Assembly: GCF_000143415.4 (NCBI RefSeq)
Contig: NW_003314261.1
Span: 930,001-994,000 of the forward strand
DNA length: 64,000 nt
Direction: 5' to 3'
DNA from: Selaginella moellendorffii
Lineage: Eukaryota > Plantae > Lycopodiophyta
Below the pieces are notes generated by a model. The model saw nothing but the letters and a program-made list of their open reading frames with translations, did not search any database and was not told the DNA's origin. Positions 50,201 through 61,172 of the stretch are shown here, piece by piece (within the stretch, counting starts at the first letter, position 1; the number at the start of each line of letters is the position of its first letter). Made by a program: the position numbers and the translations under genes.

Positions 50201-52448
50201 AATCTCAATGGAGAGGTACAATGGATGAGGGATGCTTTTCAAGTCAGGGCCACGTTTTTCTCATCTCGTCGTCTTCGAAGGGTGCAAGAACGTGCAAAAA
50301 CCATGTTAAGACAGTCGGGTGAGGATACGGTCCTAGGTCACGCACTAAAACAGGCTATGGATGTCTTGTATTTTGAGATGGAGACTCGGCCAGATGATTT
50401 TCCCAAGATGGTCCTGGAAGAACAAGCCATCCAGCCTGAGCAGCCTATGGAAGAAATGCAGGAGGGGGATGAGGAGCCAGAGAAAGATAATGAGCAGGAA
50501 GAGCAGAAGGACGAAGAGGAGGACAAAGAAGAGGAGGACGAAGAAGAGGAGGACGAAGAGGACTTGGATGGTCCTCACAATGGTGACGATCACAATAACG
50601 ATGACGACGATGATGACGACGATGGCCAGCCTGAGGTGGCCAAAGAGCAGCGGAGGAAGGTCATACAAGACAAACCATCAGGTAAATAATAGTACATCCA
50701 TTCCTAACCTTTTACCATTTCTAACATTGTCCATGTAGGTCGCAGAGCAAATGGTAAGTAGAGATTATTCAGTTGAATTTACAAACTCTAGCCTTTAGTG
50801 TCGAGGAAGGATAGTGCCAAGCAAGGGTCGAAACGTATGTCCAATCCTTCAGAATCAGCAGTGCGCCCAAGTGATATCGGTCATAGTTCCTCAATAGCAG
50901 TTGATGGTAAATACAGTATAGTCGATTCAATGTGCTAATGAGTTTGTTTTTAGTAGCACGGGAGGATACCATCTCAATCGAAGGGAGATATTTGGACATG
51001 CATATGGATCCACCAGTGGACTCTACTTGCCTACAAGAGTCATCAGAGCTGGTGGAGGCTACTATCCATATCAACGCCAAGCAAGCTGACCACGCTCCAC
51101 TTGATGCTGCCCATACCACTAAGTCAATCTTGTCCACGTATCCAACTGACGGTGACTAGGCGCCATTGGACCCGCATGAGGCCGCCCCAGCCGCCGAGCC
51201 GGTCGTATCCTCATTTCCAACGGACTCAACGTGTGCCCAATCGTCTGACTACGCGCCGTTGGAACCTCCCTACACCGCCCCTGCTGCCTGTTCGGTCATG
51301 TCCACTTTGCCAACGGAGGCACCAACTGAAATGGCGTGTGATCACACGTCATCGGAACCACCCCATGCCACTGTTGAGCCAGTTGTACCAGAGTCTACAG
51401 CTGAAATGGCATGTGCCCACACGCCATCGGATGCGATTGACCCCACATTGTAGAGGAGAGTATTTCCGCCCTTCACGTTTCCTCGACCAAAACCCTCTCA
51501 ACGACCATCGGGAGCACCATTCGCTAATATTGTAGATGGTAAAATTGACTTGTACCATTTTTTATGCTGACGCATTTCATTTCAGAGTCACGGCGAAGGT
51601 ACTGTATCATTTTTGATCTGAACGGTGTCCTTTTCTCCCATGAGCGTGGCTCGTCCTCGAATGTCATTGCACCCTCCAAAGCCTGCAGTCGCAAGTTGGT
51701 CAAAAGAGACAGATTCACATTAATCACACGGGAGAAACTGCGGGATCTAATAATGACTATGCGACACTTAAAACAGAGGGCCGGGTTCAATTTGCAATTG
51801 GGAGTTTGGACATCCATGATGCGCCACAATGCATTAACGTTGCTACAGATGATGCACGATCAGATGCGAGTAATATTACCATTTGACTTTCTCCTAACGC
51901 AGGAGGATTGCTTGACTATGGTCCATGTGAGGGGTAGCAAGCCCATCTTTGTCAAGCCAGAGGCTGTAGTGATGAACCGGACTGCTAGGTCAAGTGAAAT
52001 CCTCATCATCGATGACTCGCCGATTAAAACTGCAACGAACACGCATACATATGCAGTGCACCCCATCTCTTGCAGTATGGAAACTAGGGAGAAGAAACCG
52101 TATGTTCTGGGGGACCTTGCAAAACGGCTTGGAGCGATGGTGATAGAGAACCGGCCAGTCCAGGAGGTGGCTGCAGAAATCAACCAAATGGCAGATGGAA
52201 CGGTATATCAGAAGCTATTTGATCGGACAGACACCAGTCATCATTTATGGCATGTATATTGTCTAGCCAAGCACTATCCGCATCTCCATAATCTGCTCAA
52301 CCGGATGGGTTCTTTGACCACTGAACATGAGCGTGGACGTATTAGAGAAGAGATGGCATTACTATTGGGTTTAAATCCTGATAGTGTGGAGAGTGATGAA
52401 ATTCCAAGATTATTGTATAGGCGTTGGAGGCAAAAAATAATAGTCTGA
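47237..52448 (+). pseudogene. Transposon cargo gene: ParB-like domain, MTase-like segment, acidic/repeat linker, FCP1/NIF HAD phosphatase; interrupted by in-frame stops
   Basis: ORFs 47237-47686, 47765-48196 and 48296-49606 are in one frame. Short GT-AG introns link later exons. Last exon has IIFDLNGVL..VWTS..LTQEDC..FVK..ILIIDDSPIK. Confidence 0.72.
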
Positions 52449-53354
52449 GATGGCATGTATTTATTTAAAAATGTAACTTATTATGGCATGGGGTTCCATG
52501 CCATTGTATTAATATTAAAAGACAATTCTTTGAGAGGATTTGCATTATACTAGAAGTGTTACAGCATGTTATTGGAAGTCTACAAAGTTGTTTTATTAAT
52601 AAGGGGAAAGTAAAGATTGAATGGGGACTTGGGCTCCACCTAGACTTGGAGCAATTGAGCCAATATTAAAAGGATGGAAAGAAATTAGACGACGATGACA
52701 AGGAGAAGAGAGAGGTGAAGCAGTGGCAGGGGGAGGAGAAGTGATTGAGTAGACATTTCCTTGTTTAAAATAAAATGGCATGTGCCTCAATGCAGTTGAA
52801 TTTTGTTATATTTATATACTATATAAAGGTTTGGAAACCTTATTTTACAAGTGGGATAATGACAATTCCCACTTTAACGAAATAGAGCTTAAGAGAAATT
52901 AATCTGAAAAGTGATGTTCCCACTAGAACATCCTAATTTCCCACCATCTAACCATGACTCAAGTTGAGGTAAACAACTTGTGTTTACATAACCATCTTCG
53001 TGCCACCACATCTAGATTTTATTTGCATTTGCCTCATGTTCTTCTTCAAAGGATGCAACTTGCCATTATTTATAGAATTCCTTAAACACTAATTAAAACT
53101 CTAGTTTGATAAGGTGGTAATATTGGTTTAGGTTTGAGTCTAGTGGAACTTATAAGTCCTTTCATGACCTTTTAAGGGTTGACCATTCCTAAAAAGTACT
53201 CAAACACCATTCCAGTTCACAAGCTTATCAATTCACTTTAGCACAATATTGGAGAGAAACTTCCAAAATACGAAATGCTCAAAGAACGAGCACGAAGCAA
53301 GCAATAAGTGAGTCTCTAAAAAAGGGACACAAGAGGACCAACACATGATATGTG

Positions 53355-53735
53355 GAGGAGTCCGAGATGGACCTGATATGGAGTCCAAGATGGAGTCCAA
53401 GATGGACCTAAGATGGAGTCTGAGATGGACCCAAGATGGACCTAAGATGGAGTCTGAGATGGACCCAAGATGGAGTTCAAGATGGAGTTCAAGATGGACC
53501 CAAGATGGAGTCCAAGATGGACTGACGTGGAGTTCAAGATGGAGTTTCAGATAGACCCGAGATGGAGTCCGAAGTGGTGTCTGAGATGGACCTGAGATGG
53601 AGTCCAAGATGGACCCGAGATGGAGTCTAAGATGGAGTCCGAGATAGACCCCCGAAATGGAGTCTGAGATGGAGTCCGAGATAGAGTCCGAGATGGAGTT
53701 TGAGATGGACCCGAGATGGAGTCTAAGATGGATAT
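53355..53735. repeat. 11-12-bp minisatellite (GATGGAGTCYRA / GATGGACCYRA)
   Basis: About 30 imperfect tandem units with no unique spacers. Confidence 0.9.
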
Positions 53736-53867
53736 CCAAAAGTATAGTAGGGAGAGTGTGGAGGTTGCCCAGTGGAGCTAGTTTGGCCAAGAAAGGCTAG
53801 TGTGACCCAGAAAGGCTATGCCCACGTGTTGGATGATGATATATTTACTGAGGAGTCTAAAGTCAGA

Positions 53868-54061
53868 TGTAAGCAACCAAAGGGAACGACTCGAGAGACG
53901 ATCCATGGGGTTCAAATATAGAGGGAAAGGGCCCATGAACAAGAGTGCACCCCCTTTTCCAATCGGTTAAGGGTCTTGGGATAGTTGGAGTTAAGCGTCC
54001 TTGGGTTTGAATAGTACTAGGCTGGGTGACCTCCCGGGAAGTCCAAACTTAGGAGCTTACA
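53868..54061 (+). mobile_element. Solo LTR carrying a 5S rRNA internal-promoter segment (Cassandra-like)
   Basis: Ends TGTAAGC...GCTTACA. 53989-54044 (AGTTAAGCGTCCTTGGG..TAGTACTAGGCTGGGTGACCTCCCGGGAAGTCC) matches 5S box A, IE and box C. Confidence 0.78.
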
Positions 54062-56099
54062 CTAGAGTGAATATAGACAGACAAATGGGGTGGTTTGGTG
54101 AAGTGTTCAAAAGTCAACTTTAGTTCCCCTGGGAGATCGAATGGTCGATGCTCCCAGTCCAAACATAGGTGGCACTACCTACTTGGATAGTTGGTGTGGC
54201 TCAACAAAACCTCACTCTAGCCCCATGGCTAGAGCACCCAAAGGTGGAAGGTGGGGAGAGTACCCATGATGTTTACATAGGGCCACGAAAAGTCCTAGAT
54301 TATGGAAAAGAAGAGGGGTAGTCCTCTAATGTAGTGACCAAAGATACGATCACATAGTGAGGAAGTCCCAAAGGATAGTGGGACTTAGTGGTCGGGCTGG
54401 TGGGCCTTGACCCAATGGCAGTGTTGGTGAATATGACCATGGAAAGAAAGGGACTTGGTGGGGACTGAAAAAAGGATATTAGGGAAGGTTGTTCTTCATG
54501 TTTGTAAGCATCCTAAAGATGCTAAAGAGTGGATTTGAGATGATCACTCATGGATAGCCAACTTAGTTTTTGAGAGATGGGACTGTGATGCAAATGGTGT
54601 TGGACCACTAGTGTGGCAAAGATGAATGGACATAGCCTTAGTGTAATGAGCTGATATGTCAGTGGTACCATTGGGTGTCGGTCATGGGATCGGACATGTA
54701 GAGCACTTGGACCAAGTGCAAAGGTTGAGTGGCATAAATGCCATTCTCAAAGGTAGCAAGCCCTAAGTCTGGAATAAAACTTATGGAGGTTATGAGTAAG
54801 AATCCTTCAAATGGTCAAAGGTGTGGTTAAGTGACTAAAGTAGAATGGAAAATTTAGCGCTTACAATCTGTTTGAGAGACAAGATCTACACTAGAGGTGG
54901 GGTCCATTGTAGACATCTTGGAACGATGGGGTGCTTTTACTTATTGACAACTTGGTCTAGAAATAATTTTTGTGGATGAACTCATATAGACAAGTTTGTT
55001 TTAGTTCAAGAATGAAGTCAACTTTTTATCACAACTTCCCTTCTCAAGATTCACACATCCAAGATTTTATCTTAAACAATATAATATGAACAAAAGATAT
55101 TATTGTAACATATAAAATACAACAGACATATCTCCTTAAGTTAGTAACAAGTTATACATGCCATAGTAAGTCCTGCAAGTTAGCCTTGTTTAGTTAAGTC
55201 TTTTGCTAATACAGATTGAGTAATGTGATTGCGATAAAATCCTTAAAGATGGTCTTTTGAATATACTTTGGAGTTTGTAGATGAGTTTTTCACAACCTTT
55301 TTCTACACAACATTTTTAAAATGGTTGAAAGAACTCCTTTATATCCCTTCTTGCATTGGATATACATATATGCTAATATGCATTATAGCTTTTTTAGCCA
55401 TTCTATCCCGAGGAAAAAAGTAGTACATTTTGGCCTTGTAGATAGCATAACATATAGGAGCATTTTTGCATAATCGACACTTAAATATAACAGCAATGGT
55501 ATCATGGGTAGAAAGATTGTTGCAAACCCTTAAAAATTATGGAATTTCTACAATAATCTCAATTGCATACTTCATCCACACAATCCAAATACCTACTATA
55601 GTGAACTATACATATTGTGCCTTTGAAATGTTAGAAGTGTGTAATCTTGATTTTACACTAGTTGTGGATATCCTACTCCTTTTTTGTTTGGAACTAATAT
55701 TGTTGATAAAATCTGGTAGCTTGAAAAAGATGTTGCCATTGTAGTGGGATGGAAGCTCACTCACGAGCCTATATAGAAACAAGTGCATATCAATTGAAAA
55801 GCGGGAAAGCTGGAAAATATTGCTAACAACTTTGAATATTTTTTAAGATGGAGTAACAACGTTAATCCCGGTGTGTGGGATTATAAGATGAGCATACCTG
55901 GATTGAGAAACCACTCCCTAGGCTATTGGGTAGGTTCATCTCTAAGAATACTTGCTAAGGCATGATAGAAAGTGCAAAGCTATCCTCTTAATCTGGAGGA
56001 GAATGACCAAAAAAAAGATGTGAAGCCAAAAGCAAGTAGTAAGAGGATAGAACCAAACCATAGAAATCAAAAGGCATAACCAAGGATGGTTATGCTAGT

Positions 56100-57210
56100 T
56101 GGGAGTGGAAAATCAAGTGGGGGCTCGAGGGTGTTGTTGCTAGCAACCGTGATGCCATGGAGAGTTTAAAGTATGGAATTGTCCATACTAGACCATATGG
56201 CAATTAGAAAGCTTGCTTAGAAAGAATTTAGAAAATGTATAGCAACTTTGAATGGCACCTCATAAAGCTTTCAAAATTTTCAAAAAGCCTATAAAACCCA
56301 TCCTTCTTAACAACACCAAGATTTGGGTGAACTACCTTAGACAGCTCTACACTTAGCAGATAAGAGACTTAATCACTTCCCAATCACAAGCCCCAATCCA
56401 ATTCAATGAAGATAATAGTCTTGCTACTATTGATCGCCTTCACAAATGAAAAGCCTTAAATGCCTAGGGTCTCATAGATGAATTACTCCAAGTATATGAC
56501 AAGGAGTTCCTTGCATACATATTCCACCCAATCTTTGAACCATCAGTAAATGAAGGTTTTCCTAGGGTATAAACAATGAATTGTGTGGTTCCTATCTACA
56601 AATTTGGAGATCCCATGATCCCAAAAAATTACTAAACTATTACGGTGAGCTCTATCTTCTCCAAGTTATTTACAACCATTTTAGAGGGTCATCGAGTCTC
56701 TTGGAGTGAGACTAACTCCAAATGAGCTACTGTAGATCATCTATGCTATAAATTGTGTATACAATGATATACCAATTGTTTTGTTGCTTTGTGGACTTTT
56801 GCAAAGCATTTGACATAGTCCCACAAAAGGAATTATTTCAATGACTTTGGGAGTTAAATATTACACTAGAGCTTGTATATGCTATTCAACAGCTCTATGC
56901 AACAACTTTTGTAGAATATCCAAGAAGTCACAAATGGAATGCACAATAGGTGTCCAAGCAAGGGTGTCCTTATCCCCCATGTTATTTGGATTGTATATTG
57001 ATGCATTAGAAACACTTCTTCACAATGAAGATCTTTTTGACATTCTCATAGCTAATCTCTACTTATACCTCCTCCTATATGCAGATGATTTGCTCTTGTT
57101 TTCCACAACTTAACAAAGCCTCTAATGCTAGTTAGACTTGCTCATGACCTTCTATTGCACTACTAGTTTATCTATGAATTTTATAAGATATAAGTCATGG
57201 TATTTAGCCA
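56100..57210 (+). mobile_element. Degenerate LINE reverse-transcriptase remnant
   Basis: VVPIYKFGD, VDFCKAFDIVP, GV.QGCPLSPMLFGLYIDAL and LLYADDLLLF motifs with stops and frameshifts. Confidence 0.85.
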
Positions 57211-59051
57211 TCCGCAACCAAGATCCATTTGATGAGTTTGTCAATACAAAACACCATTATATGTTCTTTCTTCATTAGGATTCTTTGTCATATCTTAAAT
57301 ATATAAACTTGCCACCCTTTAAATGTGTAAAGGTGTCTTTTGAAAAAACCTTTATGTAAATATTGGTGATAAAGGAGTTAAAGTCAGGAAACTCTTTAAG
57401 CTCATCCAAGAAATCACTATATAACTTCACAAATGAGATAAAATTCACTATCTTAGATAATCCATTAGCCATCATATTACCACCTTCATATTTATACCGA
57501 ATCTTAATAGATAATTTTTGTAGGAACTTTTACCAATAAGCAAAGTGGCCTTTTGACCACTAAAATATTGGAGAGATTGATAGTTTGAATTTATATGAAA
57601 GTTTGATCTATGTTATCATTCCTTCACAATAACAATCATGTCTTATATAAATAATGTTAAAGTTGTGGTTTATATATGCCAAAGGATGCCCAACTTGAAG
57701 CAAAATGGATCCAATATATAGCATGTCATTTATATCTATCTAAACCATAAAACACTTCTTAGAATAAAAAGAATCCTCAACACTAAAGCAACATTATTTC
57801 AATTGTTGAAAAAACATTTAACACTTCTCATCCCAACCATGAATAGTAATATACTTTAATGTGCTTTAGAGAAAATCATTCAAGAGAATAGCTATCTCTA
57901 GGAAGTCTTTTATAAACTGTTAAAAAAATCTAGCCATACCAAGGAAATTACAAAGATTATACATTATTGAAAGCATAAATCAGTCAATTATGATCTCACA
58001 CTATATAATCAAATCAAATGTTTTAGATATTTAATATCCTCTAAAACAAATTAACTTCAAATAGAACTTGTTGTCTGTCAAAAGTTCCAAAACTCACATC
58101 TCATATTCCTCCATAAAGCTACTAAAATATCATCAAAACAATCAATTGCAAACTTCTCTAAGTAAAGTTATAAAACTTGATTTATCAACTTCTAAAATTT
58201 ATAAAAATATTTGTCAAACCAAATTGGCATCACTAAAAACTTATAATTACCCATACTTGCCTTGGTGGTCATCATTGTATATTCCTCATCCACTCAAGTC
58301 AGCCCTTAGAACATTGAATACTCTTAGAATATTCATGTGATTTATGGTCTAATTAAATTGGAAAAGCACGCTATTTGTCTGTGGAGGTAATAAAAAAGTA
58401 AAACTACAAATATTTCTTCATTTTACTCCTCCCCAATGTGGTGAGTCACTTCTCAAGCATGCCATCTGGAAGGCAGAGAAGAAATGTTATGAAGAAAGTA
58501 TAACATTTCTGTCTACATTTTAATTGGTAGTTTTTTCCTACGGAGCTGAAGTGATTGTTTCAAATCCAAATGCAACCTCCAATGTGGATCTTGTCAAGTT
58601 ATGGAGTTGTAGGTGATAAAATTTCTTTCCTCTTGGTGGCTCATTTAACGTTTGTCACTCTTTTCATGTGAAATTTGCATGACCTGATCTGATCAACACC
58701 ATAAAACAAAGCTATGGACTCTGCTCTTGCAAAAGGAATCATGAGATTGCAAGCTTGATTCACAGGTTAGTTTTCTAAGAAGCAAACTGCCTCTGTGGCA
58801 GCAGCATTCCAGGTGGGAGAAAGCTCTTTTCCATCCAGCTTATGTGATTGCGTTCCAGGGAGTGTGGTCGCCCAAAAGCGGGGGAATGTGGATCTCCTCG
58901 AAGAAGGTAGAATCAACCTCTTTGAATCTGCGGAAGAGAATGCTGACCATCTACAACTCACTATTGGGAGTCCCAGTTTGTCTCAAAGCCCACCCGAAAA
59001 CTTTGCGATCCTCTTGACTTGTAACCAATGAGTTTTAAAAGAAGTTTCAGA

Positions 59052-60192
59052 TCAGTCAATGACAATGGAGAGGCATGTCAAACCTCCATCACCTTTGTGG
59101 AACTCTGAAATGTTGGCTGGAATGACGCGCTCGGCAGAGTTTGCGTACAACTCGGCCAGATCGCTTCCGCAAGGATAAGCAGACGGATAGACAAGCGTGT
59201 TTCCCACCCAAAGGAGATTTGCCGCACCTTGGTGTGGAGTAAAGACGCAGTCGCACGAATCCATGGAAGCCTTTCGGATCAGCTCGAGCATCTGTTTGGC
59301 GTGGAAGGTCTCCTCGGCCAGAAAAGAGTTCCGGCCAAGCGGAGACAAGACTGCAAGCCAGCAAAGCAGCAAGAGACTTTAGAAAACAGAAAGAATACCA
59401 GTACCTGATTTTAAGTGCAAGGTTTCAGCAACGTCGATTGGAACAACAGGTATTGGAGAGAAGGCCCGTGCCAGTGCCTCGATTCCTCTCGAGTTTGTCC
59501 TCCTAATCAAGGAGATGTAAAAGAGTGAGTACTGAGTTCACCTATAGAGAGGTGCCTTACATGCTCTTTCCAACAAAGAGGGTGTTTTGGACGTAGAGAA
59601 CATCGCCACCATCAATGGTACCGGGAGGCTCGACGTTGTGAATCTCGAATCCAAGATTTCTAAGCTCTGCCTCCACTGCTTCGACTTCTCCACGCCTCAA
59701 ACTTGCTCCCTGTTATTGTGAGTTCACTGACTATCTGTGATAGATACGATAGATAACTCACAGGACGAGTGATGAGAGCTTTGGATCCAATCACGACCGC
59801 GGTGTCCTCGATGAAAGGGCAGTCGGGGAATTCGTCCATCGGTGAGAGCTCCACGACGTGATCGACGAGCTCTGGACTGGAAAACACGAAATGTGAGAAA
59901 ATGGAAGCTCGATCGAGAAAGAAAACGAGGGACAAGAGAACCTCTCAGGATGTTCACGTAATCCGAATGCTGCTTTCTCGCGAGCTCCACATCGATCGCC
60001 GCCTCAGACTTCTCCATTGTAATGCAGCTGGAGAAAGTGTGTGGAACTCCACGGACGAGCGCCAGGCGTGGCTTGCTAGAGTTCGTTGGCACCGCACCAG
60101 CTGCTGGACAGGAATGAGCTGCTGGAAGCGAGATAATCGAGAATACCTGACGCCACGCATCTGGCAGGGCAAACATCGAGCGCGCGCGCCAT
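59052..60192 (-). CDS. Dimethylarginine dimethylaminohydrolase (DDAH)-like amidinotransferase, multi-exon
   Basis: ALVRGVP..IDVELARKQH, FPDCPFIEDTAVV, RRGEV, IDGGDVL, LHLKS and FHKGDGGLTCLS (catalytic Cys). Confidence 0.85.
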
Positions 60193-60416
60193 AGCTTCCC
60201 CTAGAACCCTAAAAATTTCCTCTAGAACCCTAAAAGTATGAATTTGGGGGAAAATAGAATCTTTGCGAAATATTTCCTGTGATCCAATCGAGCGCGAATG
60301 AATCGAGCACGAATCGATCAACGCGATAGCTGAGATTTTAGAAACCATCTCTCATTACACAAATTACACGGTGTTCTTGGATCTTCTTCTTTCGCGCAGC
60401 TGTCTGTGATCCTCGT

Positions 60417-61172
60417 CTACCTGGGAGAGACGGTGATGTTGCCAGCGTCCACCACTAGCTTCCCATTCCTGAATTCGCTCACGGCAGCCAGCGGCCACAC
60501 AAATCCCTTCCATATCAAGCTCGTCGCCAGCGGCACATCGATGATGATCTCCTTTTGCGTGGGCTTGGCCTCAGTGCTGACAGCGATCAAGTAGCTCCGC
60601 CCAACCCATCCAATCCATCCCGCGATGTAGAGGAAGATGAGCCCCGGATAGACGAACTCGCCCAGGTGCTGCTGATCGCCATCGACGATGAGATGGGGCA
60701 ATCCATCCGCGCCACACAAGAGCCCAGCATCGCCATAGAACTTGAATCGCCGCTTGGTCTTCTCGATCGTGGCATTGATCGCCAGCGCCGGCGCGCTATC
60801 GTCGGCGTAGAGCTTGAGCCGCGACTGGAGCTTCTTGATCTCCTTCTTCTCGCGCTTAGCAAAGGCCGCGGAATCCTTGCACTTGGTGAGGCCGGCTACA
60901 TCCGCTGCTGCCTCGGGCGGCGCCGCCACGATTGGAGCGCTGCCGATGATCGCCGCCGCCGCCAGCGCAGCCGCCATTCTACCAGCATTGGATCTGGCCG
61001 CCTGCTGCTCACCCGAGGTGGAGGAAGCTTGGACGAGGAGAGACTTGGATCTCTTGGCGCTGCCGCTGCTGCCTCGAGGGGGCAATGCCAAACCCGAGAA
61101 TGTGGAGCGCGAGGAGACATCCATGGCGGGGTTCTTCAAGCTGGAGAGGGCGACGGACGATGCTGCAGCCAT
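60417..61172 (-). CDS. PSAF: Photosystem I reaction centre subunit III (PSI-F), bipartite transit peptide
   Basis: [44 protein letters not shown] and EIIIDVPLA. Confidence 0.97.
   Translation of the reverse strand: MAAASSVALSSLKNPAMDVSSRSTFSGLALPPRGSSGSAKRSKSLLVQASSTSGEQQAARSNAGRMAAALAAAAIIGSAPIVAAPPEAAADVAGLTKCKDSAAFAKREKKEIKKLQSRLKLYADDSAPALAINATIEKTKRRFKFYGDAGLLCGADGLPHLIVDGDQQHLGEFVYPGLIFLYIAGWIGWVGRSYLIAVSTEAKPTQKEIIIDVPLATSLIWKGFVWPLAAVSEFRNGKLVVDAGNITVSPR

Larger units (their letters stand above)
40479..52890. mobile_element. 12.4-kb TIR DNA transposon (Sola-like) with transposase and large cargo gene
   Basis: Perfect 24-bp TIR AAGCTCTATTTCGTTAAAGTGGGA at 40479-40502, reverse complement at 52867-52890. 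TSD AAGA at 40475-40478 and 52891-52894. Confidence 0.93.

Noticed and set aside
47684-51453. Programmed TAG readthrough or recoding in the cargo gene
   Set aside because: Host genes here use TAG as a normal stop, a TGA also interrupts the frame, and deamination explains the pattern more simply.
40705-52796. 22-bp palindromes as a CRISPR-like array
   Set aside because: Spacing is irregular (about 60 bp to 2 kb) and the copies are embedded in introns and exons.
53355-53735. Repeat array as CRISPR, or as real ORFs 53233-53790 and 53345-53554
   Set aside because: Units are contiguous 11-12-mers with no unique spacers and no cas genes. The ORFs are by-products of the minisatellite.
53989-54044. 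Functional 5S rRNA gene
   Set aside because: Only the internal promoter part is present. The 5' and 3' ends of 5S are missing.
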